Source of the DNA: Gemmatimonadales bacterium
GTDB taxonomy: Bacteria > Gemmatimonadota > Gemmatimonadetes > Gemmatimonadales > GWC2-71-9
Assembly: GCA_030699545.1 (NCBI GenBank)
Contig: JAUYMC010000029.1
Span: forward strand, 1 to 42,190
DNA: 42,190 nt
Direction of reading: 5' to 3'
Below are positions 1 to 10,388 of this stretch, in pieces. Both the position numbers and the translations under genes were made by a program. Position 1 is the stretch's first letter. Each line of letters opens with the position of its first letter. The notes under the pieces are model-generated. The model searched no databases and was not told the origin of the DNA. It saw nothing but the letters and a program-made list of their open reading frames with translations.

Positions 1-268
1 CGGCGGCCGCGGCCCGGCGCACCGCGGTGCGCGGCGCGTCGCCCGGCTTGCCGATGCCGACGAGCAGAATGCGCTGCGCCTTGCCCGCGCTATACACGAG
101 CAGCAAGTCGTCGCGCTTGCCTTGATAGTCGCCCGCGCTGAACGCGCGGCCGAGCATCGGGTCGAGGTCGGCCAGCGACCCTGGCAGTGCCGATCCCTGC
201 GGGACCGCCACGGCGAGCAGCGGCGTTTCGATTTGTGCGAACGCTTGTGACACGATGCGAGTTTTCAC
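1..268 (-). CDS. pepA: Leucyl aminopeptidase (M17), N-terminal part; runs off the window start
   Basis: Manual translation from GTG at 268 (GTGA overlap with the icd stop): [22 protein letters not shown]...[15 protein letters not shown]...[10 protein letters not shown], typical of the M17 N-terminal domain. The catalytic domain is outside the window. Confidence 0.75.
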   Translation of the reverse strand, partial: MKTRIVSQAFAQIETPLLAVAVPQGSALPGSLADLDPMLGRAFSAGDYQGKRDDLLLVYSAGKAQRILLVGIGKPGDAPRTAVRRAAAA

Positions 269-1467
269 GCGAGATGCTCGATGATGGTGTCGGCGAACGC
301 GGAGGTAGACACCTCCGTGGCGCCCGGGAGCTGGCGCGCGAGATCATACGTCACCCGTTTCGTGAGCACGGCTGCTTCCAATCCCCGCACGATGGCGCGG
401 GCGACGTCGTCCCACCCCAGCTCCTCGAACATCATCACGCCGGACAGGATCACGCTGCTGGGGTTCACTTTGTCCTGCCCCGCGTACTTCGGCGCGGTGC
501 CGTGCGTCGCCTCATACACCGCGTAGCCGTCGCCGACATTGCCGCCGGGCGCGAGGCCCAGCCCGCCGACCTGCGCCGCCGCGGCGTCGGAGAGATAGTC
601 ACCGTTGAGGTTCGGCGCCGCGATCACGGAGTACTCCCGCGGACGCAGCACGAGCTGTTGGAACATCGCATCCGCGATGCGGTCCTTGATGAGGACTTTG
701 CCCTGCGGTACCCGCGCGCCGCCTGTGTCCGACTCGGGAATGGTCTGCGCCCCAAACCGCTCGGCCGCCACCGCGTACCCCCAGTCGCGAAACCCGCCCT
801 CGGTGAACTTCATGATGTTGCCCTTGTGCACGAGCGTCACCGAGGGGCGGCCACTCTTGATCGCGTACTGAATCGCTTTCACCACCAACCGCTGCGAGCC
901 GAACTTGGACATCGGCTTGATGCCGATGGCGCTTTCCGGGCGGATCTTGGCGCCGAAGCGGTCGCGCAGGAACTCGATCAGGGCGCGGGCCTCGGCGCTC
1001 TCGGCCTGGTACTCGATGCCGGCATAGACGTCTTCGATGTTCTCGCGGAAGATCACGACGTCGAGCCGGCCCGGATTGGTGACGGGCGCGGGCACGCCCT
1101 TGAAGTAGCGCACGGGGCGGATGCAGGCGTAGAGATCGAGCAGCTGGCGCAGCGCGACGTTGAGCGAGCGCATGCCGCCGCCCACCGGCGTCGTCAGGGG
1201 TCCTTTGATCGCCACGCGATAGCGCCGGATGACGTCCAGCGTCTCGTCGGGCAGCCAGCTCCCGGTGGCCTTGAAGGCCTTCTCCCCGGCGAGCACTTCG
1301 AGCCACTCCACTTTGCGGGCGCCGCCGGAGGTCTTGGCGATGGCGGCGTCGAACACACGCACCGCGCCCCGCCAGATGTCCGGGCCGGTGCCATCGCCTT
1401 CGATGAACGGAATGGTGGGCTGATCGGGGACGATCCAACGGCCGTCCTGGTACGCGATGCTGGGCAT
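265..1467 (-). CDS. icd: NADP-dependent isocitrate dehydrogenase
   Basis: [58 protein letters not shown] and [12 protein letters not shown] motifs. Confidence 0.97.
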   Translation of the reverse strand: MPSIAYQDGRWIVPDQPTIPFIEGDGTGPDIWRGAVRVFDAAIAKTSGGARKVEWLEVLAGEKAFKATGSWLPDETLDVIRRYRVAIKGPLTTPVGGGMRSLNVALRQLLDLYACIRPVRYFKGVPAPVTNPGRLDVVIFRENIEDVYAGIEYQAESAEARALIEFLRDRFGAKIRPESAIGIKPMSKFGSQRLVVKAIQYAIKSGRPSVTLVHKGNIMKFTEGGFRDWGYAVAAERFGAQTIPESDTGGARVPQGKVLIKDRIADAMFQQLVLRPREYSVIAAPNLNGDYLSDAAAAQVGGLGLAPGGNVGDGYAVYEATHGTAPKYAGQDKVNPSSVILSGVMMFEELGWDDVARAIVRGLEAAVLTKRVTYDLARQLPGATEVSTSAFADTIIEHLA

Positions 1468-1576
1468 GTCGGCGTGCAGTTTACCTTACCGCCGGAAAAA
1501 TGGAAGCGCGAGAAAACGCACGCCGCGACGTTCTCCTTCACGCCGCCGGAGGGCCGCAAGGCCTGAACGACGCGGT

Positions 1577-2179
1577 CTACCAGCCGAGGGCCAGACCCGC
1601 GCTGAGGACGAGGTCGTTCTGGAACCGGCGGCTGCCGTCAAAGTCGCCGCCGTAGAAATAGTCTTCGATCTCGAGCCGCAGACCGACCGAGTTCGAGAAC
1701 GGGATCCGGAAGCCGAGGCCCACGACGCCGCCCCAATCGGTCACGCTCTCGTCGTCATCCACGACGTCACGACCGCGCCGGATGATCGCCGGCCCGCCGC
1801 TCAAGAACACGCCGAACCGCGATTCTGCGGGGCTCAGGCCCACCATCAGCTTGAGCCCGCCGAGGAACACTTCCGTGCTGCGCGCTTCGTTGATGGTCGT
1901 GCCATCGCTGATGCGCACCCGGGCCGGAGTAAAGCCGCCCGTGAGCTCGAAGCCGATCGGGCTCCGGCCCCAACTGGTCAGGCGCGCGCCGAAAATGAAG
2001 CTGTTGTGGCGCTCGATGTCCCGCCCCACGGCGCTGAACTCATTGCGCGTGGGAACGTAGGCGCCGCCCCAGGGGGTGACGGAGAAGCCGCCCTGCGCGG
2101 CGGATGGCGATGCGCCGACCGTGCCTACCACGCCCACCAGCGCGATCGCGCCCACCCATGCTCTCGTGCCTCCGAACAT
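1577..2179 (-). CDS. Outer-membrane beta-barrel protein (OmpA-like transmembrane domain family)
   Basis: Signal peptide, alternating beta-strand pattern and C-terminal aromatic residue (LSAGLALGW). Start placed at ATG 2179, behind a GGAGGT Shine-Dalgarno. Confidence 0.75.
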   Translation of the reverse strand: MFGGTRAWVGAIALVGVVGTVGASPSAAQGGFSVTPWGGAYVPTRNEFSAVGRDIERHNSFIFGARLTSWGRSPIGFELTGGFTPARVRISDGTTINEARSTEVFLGGLKLMVGLSPAESRFGVFLSGGPAIIRRGRDVVDDDESVTDWGGVVGLGFRIPFSNSVGLRLEIEDYFYGGDFDGSRRFQNDLVLSAGLALGW

Positions 2180-2486
2180 AACCGGACCTCCAGATAGGGT
2201 TTGCCGCCGCACCCGATTGCTCCGGCGGACACAGCGGACGATGGTCGAGGCCCCACCCCTGTCTCAATCGCTCCGGCGGGCCGTTTTCGGGCTACCACTC
2301 CCGAGCTAAACGTCGACAGGGCTTGACGCCTAATCCCCGGCACAACGTCACCATCACCATCGGCGGGAGCCCCGCCGGAGCGTTCCGCGCAACCCTGACT
2401 CACGAGCCGGGTTAAGCCCAAAGTAGGATTGTGGGATGCGCGCCCAGGCCCGATCCTTGGGTTTCCTCTTTCGCCCTGTGGTGGCC

Positions 2487-3299
2487 ATGCCGACGCCCTC
2501 GACTCCTCCCCTGAGCACGCTGTTGTTGGATGCGCCGGTCGGCCGGCATTTCGCGCAGCTCCACAGCGACGCCCAGAACCTCACCGACTCGGTCGTGCTG
2601 TTCGTGGAGACGGGTCTGCACCGTGGCAATGGCGTCGTGGTCGTCGCGTCGCGCGACACCATGGACCGCTACCTCGATCGACTCACCGCGGGGGGGGCGG
2701 ACGTCGAGGCGGCGCGCCGCTCAGGTCAGCTGGTGCTGCGCAATGCGGAAGACAGCCTGGCGCGCATCATGGTCGGCGACATGCCGGATTGGTCCAACTT
2801 CCGGCGCCTCGTGGGGAGCATGCTCGAAGAGGTCCAGGCATTCGGGCGCACGACGACGCGCGCGTACGGCGAGATGGTCAACGTGTTGTGGCGGGGAGGC
2901 CAGCCGCTGGCCGCCATTCGACTCGAGGAATACTGGAACGAGCTCGCGCGGCTCTATCCGTTCTCCCTCTTCTGTGGCTACATGGTCGACAGCCACGAGC
3001 ATGAAACGTATCGTGCCCCCCTGGGCGAGATCGGGCGCACGCATACCGACGTGCTGGCGTCGCAGGACGACGAGCGCTTTCGCGAAGCCCTCGATCATGC
3101 GAGCCGGGACATTTACGGCCTCCCGTTGACCCAACTCGTCACGCAGTCGGGCGCCGAAACGGACGCCGGCGAGCGGCGCCTACCGGAAGCGCAACGGACG
3201 ATGTTGTGGATCATGCGACATCTGCCGGAAACGAGAGGTGAAGTGCTGCGGCGGGTGCGGCGCTACTACCAGAACGGAAGGGGCGCGTCGGCGCCCTGA
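2487..3299 (+). CDS. Stand-alone MEDS (DcmR-like sensory) domain protein
   Basis: HFAQLH...FVETGLHRGNGVVVVAS...RAYGEMVNVLW...AAIRLEEYWNEL...FSLFCGY...HTDV matches the MEDS pattern. Start is uncertain (ATG 2487 or 2436). Confidence 0.8.
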   Translation: MPTPSTPPLSTLLLDAPVGRHFAQLHSDAQNLTDSVVLFVETGLHRGNGVVVVASRDTMDRYLDRLTAGGADVEAARRSGQLVLRNAEDSLARIMVGDMPDWSNFRRLVGSMLEEVQAFGRTTTRAYGEMVNVLWRGGQPLAAIRLEEYWNELARLYPFSLFCGYMVDSHEHETYRAPLGEIGRTHTDVLASQDDERFREALDHASRDIYGLPLTQLVTQSGAETDAGERRLPEAQRTMLWIMRHLPETRGEVLRRVRRYYQNGRGASAP

Positions 3300-3482
3300 C
3301 CTGTGCGGGGCACGGCCGCTGCCCGCCCGTGCACATCCGGCCGTCGAACGTCATCAGCGCCTTCCAAGTCTTCGTCGAACATCAGATCGCGTCCCGTGCC
3401 CTGCTCCGCCGGCGACGGGGCGAAGGAGAGGCCACGGCCTCGAGCCGGCCGGCGATCCAGGTCGTGGAGCGGAGGTCAGAGG

Positions 3483-3566
3483 TGCCCGAGGAGAGAATCG
3501 AACTCTCACGCCGTTGCCGGCACAGGATTTTGAGTCCTGCGCGTCTGCCAGTTCCGCCACTCGGGC
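3483..3566 (-). tRNA. tRNA-Leu(CAA)
   Basis: Reverse complement GCCCGAGTGGCGGAACTGGCAGACGCGCAGGACTCAAAATCCTGTGCCGGCAACGGCGTGAGAGTTCGATTCTCTCCTCGGGCA: acceptor stem GCCCGAG/CTCGGGC, anticodon arm CAGGA-CTCAAAA-TCCTG, long variable arm, GTTCGA T-loop. It is followed by CCT, so a full CCA is not encoded. Confidence 0.96.
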
Positions 3567-3591
3567 ACGTGGGGCGAGGAATATAACCGAC

Positions 3592-3620
3592 TTGCGAGAA
3601 TGCTTCGCGAGCGGTATGCT
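3592..3620 (+). promoter_or_regulatory. Sigma70-type promoter of the cbb operon
   Basis: TTGCGA (3592-3597), a 17-bp spacer and TATGCT (3615-3620), 42 nt upstream of the cbbL ATG, which has a GGAGG Shine-Dalgarno. Confidence 0.65.
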
Positions 3621-3630
3621 GGACCTAGAC

Positions 3631-5111
<1,481 letters not shown>

Positions 5112-5127
5112 GCGGAGACGCGAGACC

Positions 5128-5550
5128 ATGCGAATCACCCAGGGGACGTTCTCGTATCTGCCGGAGCTCTCCGACGAGCAGATCACGGCGCAGCTCCAGT
5201 ACTGCCTGGACAACGAGTGGGCGGTGTCGGTCGAGTACACCGACGACCCGCACCCCAGGAATGCGTACTGGGAGATGTTCGGCATGCCGCTGTTCGACTT
5301 GAAGGATCCCGCGGGCATCATGCAGGAGATCACCGCCTGCCGGAAGGCGTTTCCGCGCCACTATATCCGGGTCAACGGCTACGACCGGCGCTACCGGCGC
5401 CAGACGATGGCGCTGAGCTTCCTCGTCAACCGGCCGCCCGAGGAGCCCGGCTTCCGGCTCGAGCGGCAGGAAAGCACCGACCGCGTGGTTCGCTACACGC
5501 TGCATGCGTATGCGACCGACCGTCCGGCCGGAGAGCGGTACGGAGCCTAA
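5128..5550 (+). CDS. cbbS: RuBisCO small subunit, red-type
   Basis: [19 protein letters not shown]...[17 protein letters not shown]...SFLVNRP, with the red-type C-terminal hairpin extension (FRLERQE...RYTLHAYA). Confidence 0.97.
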   Translation: MRITQGTFSYLPELSDEQITAQLQYCLDNEWAVSVEYTDDPHPRNAYWEMFGMPLFDLKDPAGIMQEITACRKAFPRHYIRVNGYDRRYRRQTMALSFLVNRPPEEPGFRLERQESTDRVVRYTLHAYATDRPAGERYGA

Positions 5551-6445
5551 GGCAGTCGCCGAGCGCGTGGATCTCGACGCCGAGTTCCGGGCGTCGAACA
5601 TCCAACCGCTGCTCGACGAGCTCGACCGGGAGCTGATCGGTCTCACGCCGATCAAGACCCGGATCCGGGAAATCGCCGCCCTGCTGCTCGTGGCCCGGCT
5701 GCGCGAGCAGCGCGGCCTGACGAGCGACCGCCCCACCCTGCACATGAGCTTCACCGGCAAGCCCGGAACGGGCAAGACGACCGTGGCGCTGCGCATGGCG
5801 TCGATCCTCCACCAGCTCGGCTACGTTCGGAAAGGCCACCTCGTCGTGGCCACGCGCGACGATCTCGTCGGCCAGTACGTGGGTCACACCGCGCCGAAGA
5901 CCAAGGAAGTCCTGAAGCGGGCGATGGGCGGCGTGCTGTTCATCGACGAGGCCTACTACTTGCACCGGCCGGAGAACGAGCGCGACTACGGGCAGGAGGC
6001 GATCGAGATGCTGCTCCAGGTCATGGAGAACCAGCGGGAGGATCTCGTCGTCATCCTGGCCGGCTATCGGGACCGGATGGAGACGTTCTTTCAGTCCAAC
6101 CCGGGTTTTCATTCGCGGGTGGCGCATCATCTCGATTTTCCGGACTACGCGCTCGACGAGCTGATGGCGATCGCCGAGCTGATGCTTGGCCGCCAGCAGT
6201 ACGGGCTGGACGATGCGTCACGCGCGGCGTTCCGGGAGTATTTGGCGCGGCGCATGGAGCAGCCCCACTTCGCGAACGCCCGCAGCGTCCGCAACGCACT
6301 CGACCGCGCGAAGCTGCGCCAGGCGAACCGCCTGCTGCGGCTTGGCGGGCAGGTGACGGACGAGGAGCTCACCCGGCTCGACGCCGCCGACATCCGGCAG
6401 AGTCGAGTCTTCGGCGACGAGACGACCGACCAGGAGCGACCATGA
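5504..6445 (+). CDS. cbbX: CbbX red-type RuBisCO activase (AAA+)
   Basis: [55 protein letters not shown] and FANARSVRN. The true start may be later (for example GTG 5567). Confidence 0.95.
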   Translation: MRMRPTVRPESGTEPKAVAERVDLDAEFRASNIQPLLDELDRELIGLTPIKTRIREIAALLLVARLREQRGLTSDRPTLHMSFTGKPGTGKTTVALRMASILHQLGYVRKGHLVVATRDDLVGQYVGHTAPKTKEVLKRAMGGVLFIDEAYYLHRPENERDYGQEAIEMLLQVMENQREDLVVILAGYRDRMETFFQSNPGFHSRVAHHLDFPDYALDELMAIAELMLGRQQYGLDDASRAAFREYLARRMEQPHFANARSVRNALDRAKLRQANRLLRLGGQVTDEELTRLDAADIRQSRVFGDETTDQERP

Positions 6446-7383
6446 GGGAAGGATTCGGCGCGGGCCGTCCGATCATGCTGTGCCTCGTCGGCGATTCTGG
6501 CGCCGGGAAGTCCACGCTGTCGAACGGCGTCGTCGCTATCCTCGGCCCCGACCGCGTCACCGACATCTGCCTGGACGACTACCACTCGCTCGATCGCGTG
6601 GGACGCCAGGCGAAGCAGATCACCGCGCTGCATCCCGACTGCAATCACCTCGACCTCATCGCGCAGCACATGCGGCTGCTGCGCCACGGCGAGACGATCT
6701 TCAAGCCGGTGTACGACCATTCGGACGGCACCTTTGGCCCGCCGGAATTCGTCACCCCGACCTCCATCATGCTGGTGCACGGGTTGCACGGCTTGTACAC
6801 GCCGGAGCTGCGGCGCCAGTGGGACGTCTCGATCTTCCTCGATCCCGATCCCACGCTGCGCGTGGACTGGAAGATCAAACGCGATACGTCCAGGCGCGGC
6901 TACACGCGGGACGAGGTGCTCCAGCAGCTGGAGCATCGGCGGCACGACTCCGAGGCCCATGTGATGCCGCAGCGGGAAACGGCGGACATCGTCATCTCCT
7001 TCGCGCCGGGCGAGGACTACGCCTCCAAGCCCGACAATGCGCGGCTGAACGTCCGCATCCAGCTGCGCCACCCGATTCCGCTCCCGGACCTCGAGGGGGT
7101 GCGACTCGAGCGCGGCGCCGACGGGACCGACCGGCTGGAGATCAGCGGCGCGATCAGCGATACGGCGACCCGGGCGATCGAGAATCGCCTGTGGAGTCTG
7201 ATGCCGACCGCGCAGAACCTGCGCGCCGATCGACTGGGAATTTTCGTGGATGGGACCGAGGACCGCCGGTCGAACCCGCTGGCGGTCACGCAGCTGGTGT
7301 TGACGTACTACCTGGTGAAGGTGACGGCGCTGGTCCTCAAGGAGGAGCAGCGCCGCCACGACGCGGCCGCCGTCTCTAGATAG
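6442..7383 (+). CDS. prk: Phosphoribulokinase (cyanobacterial/plant/actinobacterial-like class)
   Basis: [10 protein letters not shown]-loop, [44 protein letters not shown]-coupled to cbbX. Confidence 0.9.
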   Translation: MREGFGAGRPIMLCLVGDSGAGKSTLSNGVVAILGPDRVTDICLDDYHSLDRVGRQAKQITALHPDCNHLDLIAQHMRLLRHGETIFKPVYDHSDGTFGPPEFVTPTSIMLVHGLHGLYTPELRRQWDVSIFLDPDPTLRVDWKIKRDTSRRGYTRDEVLQQLEHRRHDSEAHVMPQRETADIVISFAPGEDYASKPDNARLNVRIQLRHPIPLPDLEGVRLERGADGTDRLEISGAISDTATRAIENRLWSLMPTAQNLRADRLGIFVDGTEDRRSNPLAVTQLVLTYYLVKVTALVLKEEQRRHDAAAVSR

Positions 7384-7915
7384 GCCGCCGTCCCGGACCG
7401 CGCGGCCGGCGGCGTTCACCGGGCGCGCCCGGCCCCATGCGACCGCGGCGCTGCTCCCGCATCTCGTTCACCCGGCGATGCAGGCGTTCGCGCATCAGCC
7501 CCAGCCGCGCGCGCTGGACCGGCGTGAGATACCCGGCCAGCTCGCGGTCTTCGTCCTGATCGATCTTGAGCAGTTCGGCGCGGCCCCCGTGGATCGCGTC
7601 CATCAGCTTGCGCACGCTGTCGGCGTTGGCCGCCACGCCGGGCTGCATCTGCCCCTCGAGCGCCCGCCGGCGCTCCATCTGCTGGCGGCCCAGCTCGCGC
7701 CGCCGAATGCCGAACCGCTCCTGGCTGGCCTGGAGCTTCGTTGCCTGGTCGGGCGTGAGCTGGAGTTGCTCCTGCACCCGCTGGCGGAACCGCTGCTCGA
7801 TCTGACCGCGCAGCCGCCCCGCCTCGGTGGTATCGCGTTGCCGCGGTTCCTGCGCCGCCAAAACGGACAGCGGCGCGATGACGGCGAAGACGACGGACAT
7901 GGACAGTCGCTTCAT
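7376..7915 (-). CDS. Periplasmic Spy/CpxP/heavy-metal-sensor-like helical protein
   Basis: Signal peptide, LQLTPDQ and LTPVQRAR (LTxxQ-like) motifs; last gene of the ECF cluster. Confidence 0.7.
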   Translation of the reverse strand: MKRLSMSVVFAVIAPLSVLAAQEPRQRDTTEAGRLRGQIEQRFRQRVQEQLQLTPDQATKLQASQERFGIRRRELGRQQMERRRALEGQMQPGVAANADSVRKLMDAIHGGRAELLKIDQDEDRELAGYLTPVQRARLGLMRERLHRRVNEMREQRRGRMGPGAPGERRRPRGPGRRPI

Positions 7916-8344
7916 TTATCCCTCCAGGGTGCGCAGGACAGCACGGAGCTGCAGCGCGTCGAGTTCGGTGAGATCACTTCCGCCTTCGGGCGGCCCCAAC
8001 CCGCCGACACCGCCGGGGCCTGATGTATCGTCCAGCGCGGCGAGGAGCTCCCGCAGCTCCTCGGCCGACAAATCACTCAAATCATCCGCGACGAAGTACG
8101 CGCTTTCGACGCCGGCGCGCCCATTCTGCCGCACGACTTCCCGGACGGCCAAGCCGCCCCCGAGCAGTGCGACGACCGCGGCGGCAATACGGAGCCAGCC
8201 GAAGCGCGTGGGCGGAGCCTCGCGCAGTCTCCGCGTGACCGCTTCCGCGACCCGATCGACGTTGACCCGATCGGCCGCAGCCGCGCCCAGCCGGCGCGCC
8301 GCGTCCCACAGCTCCCGATCGTCCAATGGTTCGTCGTGCTTCAT
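7916..8344 (-). CDS. Putative anti-sigma factor (single transmembrane helix)
   Basis: MKHDEPLDDRELWDAARRLG...WLRIAAAVVALLGGGL...DLSDLSAEELRELL. ATG 8344 overlaps the sigma-factor stop. Confidence 0.65.
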   Translation of the reverse strand: MKHDEPLDDRELWDAARRLGAAAADRVNVDRVAEAVTRRLREAPPTRFGWLRIAAAVVALLGGGLAVREVVRQNGRAGVESAYFVADDLSDLSAEELRELLAALDDTSGPGGVGGLGPPEGGSDLTELDALQLRAVLRTLEG

Positions 8345-8904
8345 TCGACCAGCTCCTTGAGACGTTTCACCGCGTGGTGGTAATGGACCCGTGCGGCACC
8401 GGGACTCGTATTGAGCGCAGCGGCGATCTCCGCATACTCGAGCCCCTGCTGTGCGCGCAGCAGAAAGACTTCGCGCTGCAATCGCGACAGCTTGCGGAGC
8501 CCGCTCGCGAGCCGGGTCACCGCCTCCCCCGCCTCGGCCAGCTCGTGGGGCGTCCCGCCCCGGTCCAGGATCCGATCGTCCAGGGGGACCACGTGCTGGC
8601 GCGCGGCCCGACGGCCCTGGTCCCGCGCGACGTTGGCGCCGATCGCCAGCAGCCAGGTCCGAAACCGGCACTGGCCGCGAAACCCGCCGAGCGCGCGGAA
8701 CGCGCGAATGAACGTCTCCTGCACAACGTCCTCGAGCTCGGCCTCGGGCACACCCGCGCCCGCCACGAACTGCGCGAGCGCCCGGGCGTGCCGCCGCACC
8801 AACTCGGCGGCCGCCTGCTCGTCGCCTCCCTGCCACGCGGCTATCAGGGCCGCATCGGGAGATGGCTCTGCGCCCGCCGGTTGCGGTAGCGTCATGGACT
8901 CCAT
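8341..8904 (-). CDS. ECF RNA polymerase sigma factor
   Basis: Region 2 EDVVQETFIRAF...FRTWLLAIGAN; region 4 LSRLQREVFLL...YAEIAAAL...ARVHYHHA. Confidence 0.92.
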   Translation of the reverse strand: MESMTLPQPAGAEPSPDAALIAAWQGGDEQAAAELVRRHARALAQFVAGAGVPEAELEDVVQETFIRAFRALGGFRGQCRFRTWLLAIGANVARDQGRRAARQHVVPLDDRILDRGGTPHELAEAGEAVTRLASGLRKLSRLQREVFLLRAQQGLEYAEIAAALNTSPGAARVHYHHAVKRLKELVE

Positions 8905-8943
8905 GCGTTGGACGTCTGCCCCCCTCGGTTATTAAGTAGCACC

Positions 8944-8995
8944 TTGTCTCCCGCGGGACCCAGGGGTAGGTTGCGGTTCGAACGCTCGTTCGAAC
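8944..8995 (+). promoter_or_regulatory. Promoter and palindromic TetR operator (PaaR-type)
   Basis: TTGTCT (8944), 17 bp, TAGGTT (8967), then the perfect inverted repeat GTTCGAACG-CT-CGTTCGAAC (8976-8995) just before the TetR ATG. Its core fits CNAACGNNCGTTNG, the Thermus PaaR consensus as I recall it. Confidence 0.7.
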
Positions 8996-8996
8996 T

Positions 8997-9572
8997 ATGC
9001 GCCCCTACGACGAACGCCTCGATCATCTCCTCGCCCAAGCTGCCCGGGTCTTCGCCGAGCAGGGATATCATTCGACCACGATGCGGGGGTTGGCCGCGGC
9101 AAGCGGGATGTCGCTCGCCGGGATGTACTACTACGTCCGGGGGAAGGAAGATCTCCTCACGCTCATTCAGGAGCGCTGCTTCACGCAGGTGCTCGCGGGC
9201 GCCGAGCGGGCGGTCGCCACGGCCACCGACCCCGTCGAGCGCCTCCACGCCTTCATCCGGCATCACGTGACGTTTTTCGCCCAGCACATGGCCGAGATGA
9301 AGGTGCTCTCGCACGAGCCGGCCCGCGGGGTCAGCGCCCTGAAGCGGCGCTATGTGAATCGGCTCGAGCAGCTGCTGCGCGATGTCGCGCCCGACGAGGC
9401 GACGGTGGACCGCCACGCGGCGGGGTACATCCTGTTTGGCATGATGAACTGGATTTACACCTGGTACGACCCGGCGGGCGCGATCGAACCGCGCCGCCTG
9501 GCCGATCTCATGGCGCGCATTTTCCTCGGGGGGTTCCTCGAGGCGCGCCCTACGGCTCACGCAAGGGGATGA
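8997..9572 (+). CDS. TetR-family regulator (PaaR/KstR2-like, acyl-CoA responsive)
   Basis: N-terminal HTH AARVFAEQGYHSTTMRGLA...MYYYVRGKEDLL; C-terminal ILFGMMNWIYTWY. Confidence 0.9.
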   Translation: MRPYDERLDHLLAQAARVFAEQGYHSTTMRGLAAASGMSLAGMYYYVRGKEDLLTLIQERCFTQVLAGAERAVATATDPVERLHAFIRHHVTFFAQHMAEMKVLSHEPARGVSALKRRYVNRLEQLLRDVAPDEATVDRHAAGYILFGMMNWIYTWYDPAGAIEPRRLADLMARIFLGGFLEARPTAHARG

Positions 9573-9578
9573 CGCACC

Positions 9579-10388
9579 ATGGCGACGATGACTGAACCGC
9601 ACGTGAAAACGCTCATCCAATACCGCGTGGAGGACGGGCTCGCGATCATCGAGCTCGACGATCCCCCGGCGAATACGTATACGTACGAGATGATGCGCCA
9701 GATCGACGAGGCGGTCCTCAAGGCCCGCTTCGACGACGGCGTGTACGTCATCGTGATCCGCGGCAAGGGCGAGAAGTTCTTCTCAGCGGGCGCGAACATT
9801 GCGTACCTCAACAGCATCACGCCCCGGTACAAGTACTTCTTCTGTCTGCACGCCAACGAAACGCTGAACCGGCTCGAGCAGACGCCCAAACTGACGATCG
9901 CCGCGCTCAACGGGCACACCGTCGGCGGCGGGCTCGAGATCGCGATGGCGTGCGATCTCCGCCTCGCCAAGCAGAACGCCGGCAAGATCGGCCTGCCCGA
10001 GGTGAACCTCGGCGTGCTTCCCGGCACCGGCGGTACCCAGCGCCTCGCGCGGATCGTCGGGAAATCGCTCGCCATCGAGCTGATGGTGAAGGGCGAGACG
10101 TTCTCGTTCGAGCGCGCCACGGAGCTCGGCCTGGTCAACGACGTCTTCCCTGCCGATTCCTACTGGGAGCAGGTGATTCTGTACGCCCGGCAATTCTGCC
10201 CGCCGCACAAGGCGTCGAAGGCGGTCGGCTTGATCAAGCGGGCGGTGCAGTCGGGGGCCGAAGTGCCGTTCGAGTCGGGCCTCGCGATCGAGCGCGAGCT
10301 GCAGCAGCAGCTGTTCCAGAGCGAGGACGCGAAGGAAGGCATCGCCGCCTACACCGAGAAGCGCGTGGCGGAGTTCAAGGGGAAGTGA
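9579..10388 (+). CDS. Crotonase-family enzyme, single-domain BoxC-like (ring-opening lyase/hydrolase candidate)
   Basis: FSAGANI...KYFFCLHANETLN...GGGLEIAMACD...LPEVNLGVLPGTGG resembles the N-terminal catalytic domain of BoxC. Both crotonase Glu residues are present. Only 269 aa. Confidence 0.8.
   Translation: MATMTEPHVKTLIQYRVEDGLAIIELDDPPANTYTYEMMRQIDEAVLKARFDDGVYVIVIRGKGEKFFSAGANIAYLNSITPRYKYFFCLHANETLNRLEQTPKLTIAALNGHTVGGGLEIAMACDLRLAKQNAGKIGLPEVNLGVLPGTGGTQRLARIVGKSLAIELMVKGETFSFERATELGLVNDVFPADSYWEQVILYARQFCPPHKASKAVGLIKRAVQSGAEVPFESGLAIERELQQQLFQSEDAKEGIAAYTEKRVAEFKGK

Noticed and set aside
187-1566. 459-aa plus-strand ORF and similar long antisense ORFs (3354-5333, 6145-7419, 17482-19014, 21094-22581, 22794-24200, 38089-39759)
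   Set aside because: Shadow frames opposite well-supported genes, expected from high-GC codon bias; no recognisable motifs.
3483-3566. tRNA-Leu as the integration site of the cbb module
   Set aside because: The cbb genes lie on the 5' side of the tRNA, and I saw no duplicated tRNA 3' end or integrase.
3329-3586. 85-aa ORF and others overlapping 3480-3570
   Set aside because: They run antisense through the tRNA-Leu gene and have no recognisable domain.
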